A stretch of 63,875 bases of DNA, taken from Octopus bimaculoides. Its lineage: Eukaryota. The position numbers were made by a program, and so were the translations under genes. The stretch spans positions 58,702,420-58,766,294 of the forward strand of contig NC_068983.1 of the NCBI RefSeq assembly GCF_001194135.2. Reading direction: 5' to 3'. Positions 23,472 to 34,924 of the stretch are shown here, piece after piece; position 1 is the stretch's first letter, and every line of letters starts with the position of its first letter. The notes beneath the pieces are model-generated. The model was not told where the DNA came from and made no database searches. It was given only the letters and a program-made list of their open reading frames with translations.

Positions 23472-23872
23472 CAGGGTGGCCCAAAAGTAAATTTACAGTT
23501 ATTCAACTCTTTCACATTCAAATATTAACTGTTTAGATCTTAATTATGAAAAAAACATGAAACCATTATTCTACGTGTATGGTTAAGAGTGCAGGCTGCT
23601 AACCCCAAGATTCCAAGTTCGATTCCAAGCAGTGATCTGAACAATAATAATAGTAATAATAACAACATCAAAGAAAACCTTAGGAATGAGAACCCAGGTT
23701 CGAAATTTCCCCAAGACACCTGAAGAAGGTTGGAGAGTATATCAGCCAATCAGTGTTAGCAACAAACGAGATGAGGACAAATATCCGTCAAATGTAAATA
23801 ATGTAATAAAACGTTTTAAAGAAATTCAAAGTGCCTAGATGATAACTGTAAACCTACTTTTGGGCCAGCCTG
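23472..23872. mobile_element. Tc1/mariner-type MITE with TA flanks (hosts a family H SINE)
   Basis: TIRs CAGGGTGGCCCAAAAGTAAATTTACAGTTAT / ataactgtaaacctacttttgggccagcctg with TA at 23470-23471 and 23873-23874. A copy of one end is at 59916-59990. Confidence 0.8.
23573..23805 (+). mobile_element. SINE family H, most complete copy (hammerhead-like module 23715-23757, GAAA box mutated)
   Basis: Head gtgtatggttaagagtgcaggctgctaaccccaagattccaagttcgattcc resembles tRNA-Ser(GCU) (TGGTTAAG, CTGCTAA, B-box). Then GACAC-CUGAAGA-A-GGUUG..CAGCC-aatca-GUGUU and the tail aatgtaaataatgt. Confidence 0.8.
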
Positions 23873-24056
23873 TATAACATTTGGTATTCATCACAGTGTG
23901 TCTACCCTCTGCATAGTAATAAATTAGTCCTTGTATAATGAATTTGGTCCTTCCCATAAATGGAATAAGATTAATTCTAAAATATGTATAAAGATAGGTA
24001 TATCCAGATTTAGGTAAAGAGTAATTAGATCCAACAATAAGTGTGTTTGTGCGAGT

Positions 24057-24059
<3 letters not shown>

Positions 24060-24130
<71 letters not shown>
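24060..24130. repeat. (TG)n microsatellite
   Basis: Directly visible in the sequence. Confidence 0.95.
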
Positions 24131-24132
<2 letters not shown>

Positions 24133-25534
24133 ATATTATGATGAAAAATGAATATAGAGGTTTTGCTCTCCCTATTTCAGCAAATACATGAAATGTAGGT
24201 CTTGCTGATGAGGTTCAGAATATAAATGAAATATGTCAGGAATTGTCTCCTCTTCTTTCTGGGAAAACAGAAATAATAACAATCAACAAGTATGTATTCA
24301 GCTTTTTGATAGTTTTTGTATTAAATTTGTTAATGCTCTTCTTGTCAACAACCTTTATACTTTATTTAAACTTTCCCTGTAGCCTGTCTGTTATTCTCAA
24401 GATTAGTTCCTGGAATTAAAAATTATTGCCTAATATTCACCTTCAGCATGAGAGATTTTAAGATATTATAAACAGAGCAAAATATTCGTAACAAAATAGA
24501 ATTTTTGTAAAAGACAAAAAAAAAAAATAAACAAATATATTCTCTTAGGGAATTTTTTGCTACAGTTTTCCGTAAATAATATATGTTTGCACTAATATAT
24601 TGTGCTATTTGTTATTATTTCAGAATCTTTCTAACTTTACAGGTAAATATTATTAAATAATTCTTTAATTCCAGGTATTTTGGGTACTTTATTCACTACA
24701 TATTTCCTTAATATGATATATTTTATAATAGTATCTTTTTGTTTTTACCTGATGCAGAAGAGGTAGTAGCTCAGAGAAAAATATTTTGTTCCATTTTCTG
24801 GGATTATTTCTATAATATTTTTTTTCCTACAGTGTGTGTTTATTTCTTCCATTGTAAGAAATATTAATCTGAAGTCTGCCTGTTTATTTACTTATGATAT
24901 CAGTAAACAGAAAAACATAGCATTGGTGAATTATTTTTGAGAATTGGCAGAATTAGCTAAGGATAGAATCAAGGACCTTGCTGTATCTAGTTGTGTCTCT
25001 TGATGTTCTGAGTTTAAATTCCACCAAGGTTAATTAATGCCTTTCATTAAAATCTTGCAATAATTCTTCCCTTTCCTCTTCCAGGAAAATCTTTTATTTC
25101 TTTTATGACATAATTGGTAATGAAAAAGAATTTGGTTTCGTTCTGTAAATAGGAACTTTAGAACATTTGGATGTCTGCTTCATTAGCTGGCACAGAAGTG
25201 ATATCTGTCTTTTATACATTATACTATTGTTTTATAAAAAAATGGTTACCGGTAATTTAATATGCCTTCTTCTCTGAGAGTAGGAAGAAATACAAGCAAC
25301 AGCTGAGGCAGTATTGTTATGCTTCCAAATAAAGTAATTGATAACAATAGTATGGAGTTAAAGAAAGAGAAAAAGTAAAATGAATTTTGAATAACATTAA
25401 TACTAATGACAATAGCAGCAATATTGCAACTGTTGCTCATCTGGAGAAGTTCATTGATAAAGTCATATGGAAAAGAAAAGAACTTGGATGATGCATGTTA
25501 CAAAGGCCAGTGCTTCTTTGCCCAAGATTAATTC

Positions 25535-25800
25535 AAGATGGTGGCACGTAAAAAGCACCATTCAAGCATAGTCATTGCCAGTACTGCCTGACTGGTCCCA
25601 TGCTGGTGGCACATAAAAAGCACCCACTACACTCTCAGAGTGGGTGGCATTAGAAAGGGTATCCAGCTGTAGAAACTTTTCCAGGTCAGACTGGAGCCTT
25701 GTGCAGCCTTCTGGCTTGCCAGTCCTCAGTCAAACCGTCCAACCTATGCCAGCATGGAAAGCGGACGTTAAACAACGATGATGATGGTGATGATGATGAT
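25535..25800 (+). mobile_element. SINE family C
   Basis: ggtggcacgtaaaaagcacc, one hairpin unit, gcacccactacactctc...cagcatggaaagcggacgttaaac and a (GAT)n tail. Confidence 0.85.
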
Positions 25801-26300
25801 CAGGCATAGAGAAGAGTTGCATATCTCTGTTTTTCCAAAAATGAAGTTTCTATGTGACCTAACATGTGCAGTTGGAAATAACCCTAGCCATCAACTGGGA
25901 TAAAGCATACAGAAGATTGTGCTTGGTCTTTAAAACTCAGGTTAAAGTGAGGCAATGTGTTAAATTGATGCATCCCCACACCTGCCAACAGGTTGGTGCT
26001 GTAATATGAAAGGAGATGAAACACAAAGATCACAGCTAGGGACATTAATAGCGGTATTAATTTTAGGGTTGTAATGTTTGCAACACAACCATACAAACAG
26101 AAGATGAAGACAAAAGCTAAATATCCTATCACCTCTATATAACCTAAATACACACACACGCGTGTATCAATTAGGTAAAACCAATCTCCACTATCTTGAG
26201 GCCTTGACAGTTGGATACCTGAAGATGTGGAAGACATTTGTTTATTACATAATGCATGTATAATCAAGAAAAGGCCTGTCTACTGAAACATATATAATAT

Positions 26301-26527
26301 TCTTTTATACTCTTTTACTCTTTACTCTTTTACTTGTTTCAGTCCTTTGACTGTGGCCATGCTGGAGCACCGCCTTTAGTCGAGCAAATCAACCCCAGGA
26401 CTTATTCTTTCTAAGCCTAGTACTTATTCTATCGCCCTCATTTGCCGAACCGCTAAGTTACGGGGACGTAAACACACCAGCATCAGTCGTCAAGCAATGT
26501 TGGAGGGGGACAAACACAGATACATAA

Positions 26528-26570
<43 letters not shown>

Positions 26571-26760
26571 CACACATATATATATACATATACACGATGG
26601 GCTTCTTTCAGTTTCCGTCTACCAAATCCACTCACAAGGCTTTGGTCGACCAAAGGCTATAGTAGAAGACACTTGCCCAAGGTGCCACGCAGTGGGACTG
26701 AACCCGGAACCATGTGATTGGTAAGCAAGCTGCTTACCACACAGCCACTCCTACGCCTAT
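26301..26760 (-). mobile_element. SINE family A, full length, low divergence
   Basis: Consensus-like copy with a (TACTCTTT)n tail repeat and internal (CA)n(TA)n. Confidence 0.92.
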
Positions 26761-27296
26761 GAAATATTTTATAATTATATACGTAAATATAATTGTAATC
26801 AGGGGTCAGCTAATTGCTTCGCCACACACCAGCTGACTACCTGATAAAATTATTAATTGTCAATCAATTAATTAATTGATTAATTAATTGATTAATCAAT
26901 CTTACCCTGTATTATTATTATTTTAATATTCTTTTATATATAAACACATACATGCATACATGCACACACATATCTCAATTTATGAAAGGCTAAAGATTTC
27001 ATTAGCTTACAACTGTTTCTTCTGTAAGAAGCATTGCACTCCGGGCTGTTGTTTCATTTACATATATGTATGTGCCTATAAATGTGAAGTGATATGTATT
27101 TTTATATGTATCTCTATGTGTTTGCATAGATATATGCTTGTTTATTATGTAGAATGTATGAATAGATATGTATTTGTGCATCTATGTACTTTTGGAGGGA
27201 TTTTTCACCAAAAGACTCCATTATATTTCTTTACATATCTGATTCTGCATGTAACCAACTCTATGTGTTTTGATACTTTTTGAAATAAACACACAC

Positions 27297-27377
27297 TTCA
27301 TCTAAATAACTCCAAAGGAACTCATATGCTACACAAGCACTTAGCTCTGAGTGTAATGCTTCTTTTAGCAGAAACAA
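27297..27377 (-). CDS. candidate exon 3 (81 nt, phase 0-0; LFLLKEALHSELSACVAYEFLWSYLDE)
   Basis: Acceptor ctttcattagcttacag, donor GAA/GTGTGT. A 72-nt GT-AG intron separates it from exon 2. Confidence 0.38.
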
Positions 27378-27449
27378 CTGTAAGCTAATGAAAGTGACCA
27401 CCTGACTCTTGTTCTTTTGTATTTCATTCATATTACACTCTGTACTCAC

Positions 27450-27495
27450 CAAATGTATGTTGAGTTCTAACAACTGGTTATTAATATCACAATGC
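27450..27495 (-). CDS. candidate exon 2 (46 nt, phase 2-0; R-HCDINNQLLELNIHL)
   Basis: Consensus donor TTG/GTGAGT, acceptor cacttag/G. Confidence 0.38.
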
Positions 27496-27514
27496 CTAAG
27501 TGTATTTATTATAT

Positions 27515-27558
<44 letters not shown>

Positions 27559-28599
27559 TTATGAATATGAGTATATTTAAACACTGGGAAGACACATAAG
27601 CATGCAATTTCATAACAGAGTTTTTATTAGAGTTCACTCTTTTTCAAATGAGTAATATAAACAATATAAGAGAATAGGAAAAGCTTCTCTCATACCTTAT
27701 TTTACCTCTCATACCTTCTCTTTACCTTATTTTACAATAACTAAAATCTATGTAGTTATGTTGTAATATACATTACATGACAAAATATATTTAAATTCCA
27801 TTATCTGTTCATGAAATAACCATATGAATATCAGAACATAATAGAAATATCTATTCTAAGTTAAATTCCTAAATGAGTTTTTTATGAAAAGTGAACAAAA
27901 GTACTTTTCAATTTCCATGACCCCATCAAAAGAAATTAAGGTAGCTGTGTGGTACAAATGATAGTACTCTATCCTTTTTCTGTGTTCAAATCCAAACTGT
28001 GCCAATTTTGTGTTGCTTTTGTCCTGATGTCAATAAAGTTAGGATTGTAATTAAGTCATTTCAATCAATTGTTTTTTTTAACATTTCACTTAAGAGGAAA
28101 GACAGGGCATGTTACCTGTTAACAAATGATGGATATTGTTGCAATGTATGAACTGCTGTGCTACTTTGTTGAATGTACCACTTTAACATAAGTGTAATTC
28201 ATCAATGAGCATGACCATTGTCTTAGATTCTAAGTGTATAAAATTTGGAAATAATACTTCAGCAAGATCAGGATTAATATAAAGAGCTTCATCTTCAGTT
28301 AATAAATTCTAAATGACTTCATATTTACAACTAAATGAGTACAAGATGTGCACTAGTCCTATGATGCCTGTCAGTCCTTATTTTTGAAATCCTCTCGTTT
28401 TACCACAATCTACCCAGGGCCATATCAGGACAAAATGAGCTCCAGGGTATGCAATGTTACATGAGAGAAACTGCCATAATATTTCATAACAAGAGACAAA
28501 AAATTCATGTGATTATAATTATAATTGTTGATTATACTATTGAAGAGCCTCTTACTGGTTATGGAGCAAGAGAGTGGAGTTAAGCTGGAAGTTGGGAGA

Positions 28600-30170
28600 A
28601 GATAAGGAGCAGTGGTTTAGCCAACTCTGCAGACCCACCAATGGGTGGGTGTTACAGTTCAGGGTTGAAACACCCAATAATCTTTGGATACCATCTAATG
28701 ACATGAGCTTCTCCTGGCCAAAGCTCCATTGACTTTGGTGAGAAGAAAAGAAACACCTTCTTCTAGGTGTTATCAATAACAATAAGCTTAATATTTATGA
28801 TAAATCTGCCATCTTTGATAGGAGTGCAGTGTCTGTATATCACACTAAGAATATATTCGTATTGTCAATCTATAATACCTCAAACTGGTGCTTATAATAT
28901 CTAACATTGTTTATAGCAAAGCCATAGCAATTAATTCATAGCAAGAAATCAATATTGCTGTCTAAAAATCCGTGTTCTTCTAGTCATAATATCTTTCCAA
29001 AATCTAAAGATCTATGCCTAAGTAAACAGTTGAAGACAGCTATGTATCTGATCCACATCTATCCATAAATCTCTTGTCTACTTTAGAGAAAGCAACAGGA
29101 AACCATATCAATGTATCCAAACTCAGAATCCCCAGCTGTCATATCATTAGTCATAAAACAAACAGAATGTTTCAGTAACATTGTCCTCATCAGAACAGAT
29201 GTTTGATATAGTAAAACCCATTAAGAACAGCTATTATGTGGTACTGTTGCCTGGTTTAACACCACCACATTCCCCTTGGGAAACTTTAACAGAATTTGCT
29301 TCTCTATTGAAAGCATTGAGACTCTGTCAGAGGATAATTTGATGTCTTGCTGAAGTTCTTTCAACAATTCCTTCTCATGAGTAACGCCAGTCTGTTAGAG
29401 CATTCAAGCATAAGTGGTTCTCTAAAAGAAACGCATCACCAGATATGACTGGCACTCAGCTCCATGAGTAACACCTTAAGGGCTATCCTATTTGCTTGTT
29501 GGTGCACCCAAGGGCTATTGCCTTTCAACTGAGTAGCTTACATAAATTGTAGTCAAGGTTGGCAAAAACATTAATGATGTGCCACCTTTTCCCTACAAGT
29601 ATCAGAGGCCTTGAAAAGGGTATAGGAATGGCTCGTTTCTCAGGAAGAATCTTCAACTAGAAGACCAGCAATCCCATGCGAATATCTCACTGTGACGTCT
29701 TCAATTGTGATAATTTCTCTTGATATGTCCTGGAGGGTTGGTTATAGTACTTGATGTCTGGATCACTTCCTGAAGCAAAGAAATGCTATTGGGTTTTGCA
29801 AAAAACCTTATATATTAAACCTTTTTTCCTTCCAACTGTAAAGATAAAAAATTGTTTGTTCATTTAGTGTCAAGGCAAGGTTTGTTTCCTTAAGGCTTAA
29901 ATTCTTTTCTTACATATGGGCTGATAAAAACTTTCATCAGTGAACAACTTCAAATTTGAATAAGAGAGATGTTTCATCATACCATGAGCAAGGCACCGCC
30001 CATCCTTGCCCCTGGTCAATTCCGATAGCATCCATGTATAATCAAATCCAATTAATCCATAACAATCATGATCTTTTATTTTTTTTGCAGGTGGTTTGTT
30101 ATCCTGGAGTAGATTCTTATCTCCAACATGTCCAACTGCATTTTACATTAATTAGGCGTAATATCCTCTT
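28600..30170 (-). pseudogene. heavily decayed CR1/Jockey-group LINE ORF2 relic
   Basis: Scattered minus-strand remnants resembling the K.A.IPI.K and G.V.QG motifs, with many stops and frameshifts. Recognised by eye only. Confidence 0.3.
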
Positions 30171-30515
30171 TGATCTTTTACTTGTTTCAATTACTGAACT
30201 GTGGCTATGCTGGAGCACTGCCCTGAAGGGCTTAGTCAAACAAATCAACACCAGAACTTTTTTAAATCTGGTAATTATTTCATCAGTCACTTTTTAGCAA
30301 ACCACTAAGTTATAGGGATATATATACATACATGCGTGTGTGTGTGTGTGTGTGTGTGTTTGACACCCCTCCACTGGCCATCACTTGACAACCAATGCTG
30401 GCAAGTTTATGTCCCCGTAACTAAGCAGTTTGGCAAAAGAGACAAATAGAATAAGTACTAGGCTTACAAAGTACTCCAACATGACCACAGTCAAGTGACT
30501 GAAACAAGTAAAAGA
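30170..30515. mobile_element. two family A 3' halves in inverted orientation around a microsatellite
   Basis: 30170-30325 is on the minus strand and 30360-30515 on the plus strand. Both carry the ctggagcac and gactgaaacaagtaaaag motifs. Confidence 0.65.
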
Positions 30516-30518
30516 ATA

Positions 30519-30586
<68 letters not shown>

Positions 30587-30615
30587 ATATATATATATAA
30601 TATATATATATCAAA

Positions 30616-31996
30616 TTGTTGGATCAGGTAATGAAAGTCATGGAGAGGGTCATATACCAACTAATTAGGGAGAAATTTAGTTTAGATGAGATGCAGTTTT
30701 GGTTTGTGCCATGGAGAAGCACCACTGAAACAATATTTCTGGTAAGACAGCTGCAGGAAAAATTCCTAGCCAAAAAAAAACCTCTGTACTTAGCTTTTGT
30801 TGACATGGAGAAAGCCTTTGACAGGGTCCCCCAATCCCTTATCTGGTGGTCAATGCAGAAACTAGTGATAGAGGAGTGGTTGGTAAGAGCTGTACAAGCC
30901 ATGTACAGGGATGCTGTCTGTAAGGTGGGGGTTGACAATGAATATAGTGAAGAATTCCGGGTATAAGTAAGGGTTCACTAAGGATCAGTCCTCAGCCCCC
31001 TCTTGTTCATCATCGTACTCCACGCAATAGCAGAGAAATTCAAGACAGGCTGCCCCTGGGAGTTCCTCTATACTGATGACCTTGCTCTAATAGCTGAGTC
31101 ACTACCAGAACTAGAGAAGTTTCAGGTGTGGAAGCAAGGTCTAGAATCGAAGGGCCTTAGAGTCAATCTAGCAAAGACCAAAGTCTTAGAAAGTAGTAAT
31201 GTGGACAAATCAAAAAACCCTTTAGATAGATGGCCTTGCTCAATCTGTAGAAAAGGCAAAGGTAGAAACTCCATAAGATGTACTCAGTGTAATCTATGGA
31301 CACATAAGAGATGCAGCGATATCAAAGGAAGGTCAACAGGGAAGATAGTTTTTGTGTGTGAAAGATGCACAGGTGCAATTAACACTGGAAACAGATTAGA
31401 TCATATGCCAGGAGAAAAAAACTAGAAGTAGTTGATAGCTACCATTACCTAGGTGACCAAGTCAGTAGTGGGGTGGATGCTCTGAGAACATAGCTACTAG
31501 AATAAGAATAGGCTGAGCATAGTTCAGAGAGCTCCTACCTCTGCTGGTAACAAAGGGCCTCTCACTCAGAGTAAAAGGTAGACTGTATGATGCCTGTGTG
31601 TGAACAGCCATGCTACATGGCAGTGAAACGTGGGCTGAGACTGCTTAGGACATGCATAGGCTTGTAAGAAATGAAGCCAGTATGATCTGCTGGATGTGTA
31701 ATGTCAGTGTGCATCATTCGAGTGTGGCCAATGTCAGTGCTGACTGGCACGTAAAAAGCACCATTTGAGCATGGCTGATGCCAGTGCTGCCTGACTGGCT
31801 CCCATGTCAGTGGCACGTAAAAAGCACCCACTACACTCTCAGAGAGTGGTTGGTGTCAGGAAGAGCATCCAGCTGAAGAAAACCTTGTCAAATCAGATTG
31901 GAACCTGGTGCAGCCTCCCAGCTTGCCAGTTCTTAGTCAAATCATCCAACCCATCTCAGCATGGAAAGTGGACATTAAGTGATGACGATGATGATG

Positions 31997-31998
<2 letters not shown>
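30616..31998 (+). mobile_element. RTE-clade LINE, 5'-truncated and decayed (RT, Cys-rich finger, 3' UTR, (GAT)n tail)
   Basis: Motifs QFWFVPWRSTTETIF, LYLAFVDMEKAFDRVP, *GSVLSPLLF, YTDDLALIAES, LRVNLAKTKV and PCSICRKG...CTQC...HKRC...CERC. The 3' UTR is homologous to SINE family C. Confidence 0.92.
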
Positions 31999-32037
<39 letters not shown>

Positions 32038-32038
<1 letters not shown>

Positions 32039-32185
32039 TTACAGTAGGCTTCCACACAGTTTCTGTCTATGAAATTCACTCACAAGGCATTGTTTCACCT
32101 AGGGCTATAGTAGAAGACATTATTTGCCCAAGGTACCATGCAGTGAGACTGAACCTGAGTTCCTGTGGTTGCAAGCCATACCTGC
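32038..32185 (-). mobile_element. SINE family A head
   Basis: cacagtttctgtctatgaaattcactcacaaggc...gtgagactgaacc. Confidence 0.7.
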
Positions 32186-32824
32186 ACACCTATGAGGGAA
32201 CATTGGTTGTTATTTCTAGAAAGCTGAACAAGATATTCTCTCATTGGTTCATAGTAAGAACCATTATTTGTGTAGAAGAAAACAATAAGACCATTTGCAA
32301 AAAGAATAGTCACTTTATGTTGTGATTTGATGAAAAACCTCCAATAAGTTTTGAAGAACAAAATGTTGTAATTGCTGCGTAAGGAAAGATAAAGTAGTCA
32401 GGACACAGAAGATGTGTTGGTGTCTTGTTGTGTCTACCAACACAGACGTATAAGCACTTCGTATTTAGTAGATATATACATAAACACATACACATGCACC
32501 ATTCTATACATACATAGAAGAAATGCATACACAAATCTACACATACATATATAGAAAATGAGATAGATTGATAGATACATATATACATATTAAGATATAT
32601 TTTAATAAGAATTACTGCACCATTACAAAAAGATTTGTCTGAGAAATTAATTCTGTTTTGGCAGGTTGTTGTTTTCCTGAAAAATTATTGAATACCATTC
32701 TTCTGTCACACATAATCATCTCCAAGCTCCAAGAACATCTCTTGGGCATTTAGTTTCTGTCTCAGTCTTTAATGTCTATTCTTTGTCAGGTATGAAATGT
32801 GGTGGCCTATTCTTGTTGCTGTTG

Positions 32825-32872
32825 TTGTTATCATCATCATCATCATCATCATCATTATTATTATTATTACTA

Positions 32873-32928
<56 letters not shown>

Positions 32929-32935
32929 CATCATC
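32825..32935. repeat. (ATC)n(ATT)n microsatellite
   Basis: Directly visible in the sequence. Confidence 0.95.
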
Positions 32936-33032
32936 TTTCAAGTCCGTTTCCATTTCTTGCCGAGTATCTTCTTGACACCTAGGGCAGAGAAACGCACTTC
33001 ATACATTGGTAGGCCATTAAAATAAACACATC

Positions 33033-33510
33033 AGGTGCAGGAGTGGCTGTATGGTAAGTAGCTTGCTTACCAGCCGCATGGTTCCAGGTTCAGTCCCACT
33101 GTGTGGCATCTTGGGCAAGTGTCTTCTACTATAGTCTCGGGCCGACCAAAGCCTTGTGAGTGGATTTGGTAGACNNNNNNNNNNGTGTCTTCTACTATAG
33201 TCTCGGGCCGACCAAAGCCTTGTGAGTGGATTTGGTAGACAGAAACTGAAAAGAAGCCCATCGTATATATGTATATATATATTTATATATATATATGTGT
33301 GTGTGTGTTTGTGCATCTATGTTTGTCCCCCTAGCATTGCTTGACAACCGATGCTGGTGTGTTTATGTTCTCGTCACTTAGTGGATCGGCAAAAGAGACC
33401 AATAAAATAAGTACTAGGCTTACAAAGAATAAGTGCCGGGGTCGATTTGCTCGACTAAAGGTGGTGCTCCAGCATGGCCGCAGTCAAATGACTGAAACAA
33501 GTAAAAAAAG
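33033..33510 (+). mobile_element. SINE family A, full length (56-bp duplication across a 10-N gap)
   Basis: Head aggtgcaggagtggctgtatggtaag through the tail gactgaaacaagtaaaa. Confidence 0.9.
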
Positions 33511-33608
33511 ATAAAGAAAAAGGGGAAGAAAGAGAGAGAAGAAAAGAAAAAAGAGAAGATGAAAAAGAAGTAAACAAAGAAAATAAAAGGGAAAAAAGGA
33601 AAGAACAT

Positions 33609-33840
33609 TTACAGTGACAATGCTCTTCTCAATACATGTGACATATCATTTAAGACAATCTTTTGCACTTTCTGCATGGATGGTAGGGCAGGGACCATTC
33701 TTAAATAATTTTTAGTTCCTTTTATGATCATTCCAACTGTTCCTACAATCATTGGTATTGTAACCGTTTTGAAATGCCACATCTTTTTGATTTCGATTAG
33801 CAAATCTTTATATTTTCTGAGCTTATGATCATCTTAAGAA
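33609..33840 (-). mobile_element. RLE-type LINE 3' fragment starting right after an (AAT)n run
   Basis: KYKDLLIEIKKMWHFKTVTIPMIVGTVG...QKIVL...HVLRRAL*. Confidence 0.75.
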
Positions 33841-33844
33841 GCCA

Positions 33845-33912
<68 letters not shown>

Positions 33913-33913
<1 letters not shown>

Positions 33914-34640
33914 GACGTCGCACAGTATACAATATCGTGAGGTTGTTGATTGAAGATATCGTGTCTACCAGGGGTTTGTACTGTTTGTCATGTCACAAGG
34001 ATCTCAGATAGAAAGTACTTTACTCAATGTGTGCAGTTCCAAGTAATGCCAATTTTTGCAATACATCTAGATTGTAAGGTATCTCTAAGGTTTTCAGATG
34101 TTTTTTTTTTTCGCATTGGTTGGTATTGAACCCAATGCTTCAATGGCAATAGGGATAACCTTTATGTTCAACTCTCGTAGCTGCCACATCTTAGTGATCT
34201 CAATTCTCAGGTCTCCATATTTATCAACCTTTTCTCTTTCTGTCATGATGAGATGTTGATCTCCTCGCACTGCTGCGTTGTTTATTAGGCACTCTTGTTT
34301 GTCCCTCCAAAAGGTTACTATATCTGGCCTTCGGTGCTCTAAACCTTGTCTGTCTGGAAGTCAAAATCCCAGAGAACTTTTGCCTTCCCCTTTCCTTCCT
34401 TCACCTTTTCTGGTGTATGTTGGTAGCAAGCACCCATAACCTCATATCCATACTTACAGCATAGTAGCCAGTGACGGTTCTGGGCTACCTTGTTGTGTCT
34501 ACATTTGTACTCTTTCTGTGCAAGACCTTCACAAACACTAACAATGTGAGTCACACTTTCAACCCTCTTCCCACACATTCTGCAGAAGTCCGTTACACTT
34601 GTGTGGTATATATTCTTTTTCAGAGTTGTTATTCAATGCC
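33913..34640 (-). mobile_element. RLE-type (R4/Dong-like) LINE C-terminal fragment with (AAT)n tail
   Basis: CCHC knuckle CG..VESVTHIVSVC, then LAQKEY..RH.KVA, VLWDFDFQTDK and RPDIV (PD..D/E nuclease motif). (AAT)n lies at both ends on the element strand. Confidence 0.85.
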
Positions 34641-34696
34641 TGATCCTGGGCAGCAATTATTACTATTATTATCATTAGTATTATTATTATTGTTTG

Positions 34697-34800
34697 GTAG
34701 CAGAGCTGGTAGAATCGTTGGTGTATTGGACAAAATGTTCAGTAGAATTTCTTCCAGGTTTTTATTTCCTGAATTCAGGTACTACTAAGGTCGATTTTGC
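34697..34800 (+). mobile_element. SINE family D head fragment
   Basis: gagctggtagaatcgttgg...gaattcagg...aaggtcgattttg. Confidence 0.5.
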
Positions 34801-34924
34801 TGATACAATCATTTTGCACCCCACTGAAAAAAAAATTGCTCACCTTGTGCCAATATTTTAACCATTCCTCTTCTTCTGTTTGTGATTCTCCATTTATTTA
34901 TCATTGTTGTTATTGTTGCTGTTA

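Noticed and set aside
24181-24289. Plus-strand exon candidate with strong acceptor and GTATGT donor
   Set aside because: It has stops in all three frames from the first AG. It is open only from a second AG (24199) that lacks its own pyrimidine tract, and the neighbouring 19- and 21-nt micro-exon candidates are unsupported.
25884-26267. 127-aa hydrophobic minus-strand ORF resembling a membrane protein
   Set aside because: T-rich strand bias explains the hydrophobicity, and its internal splice phases (1-1) do not fit the candidate exon chain.
32665-32789. Plus-strand segment with strong AG/GT sites
   Set aside because: Stop codons in all three frames.
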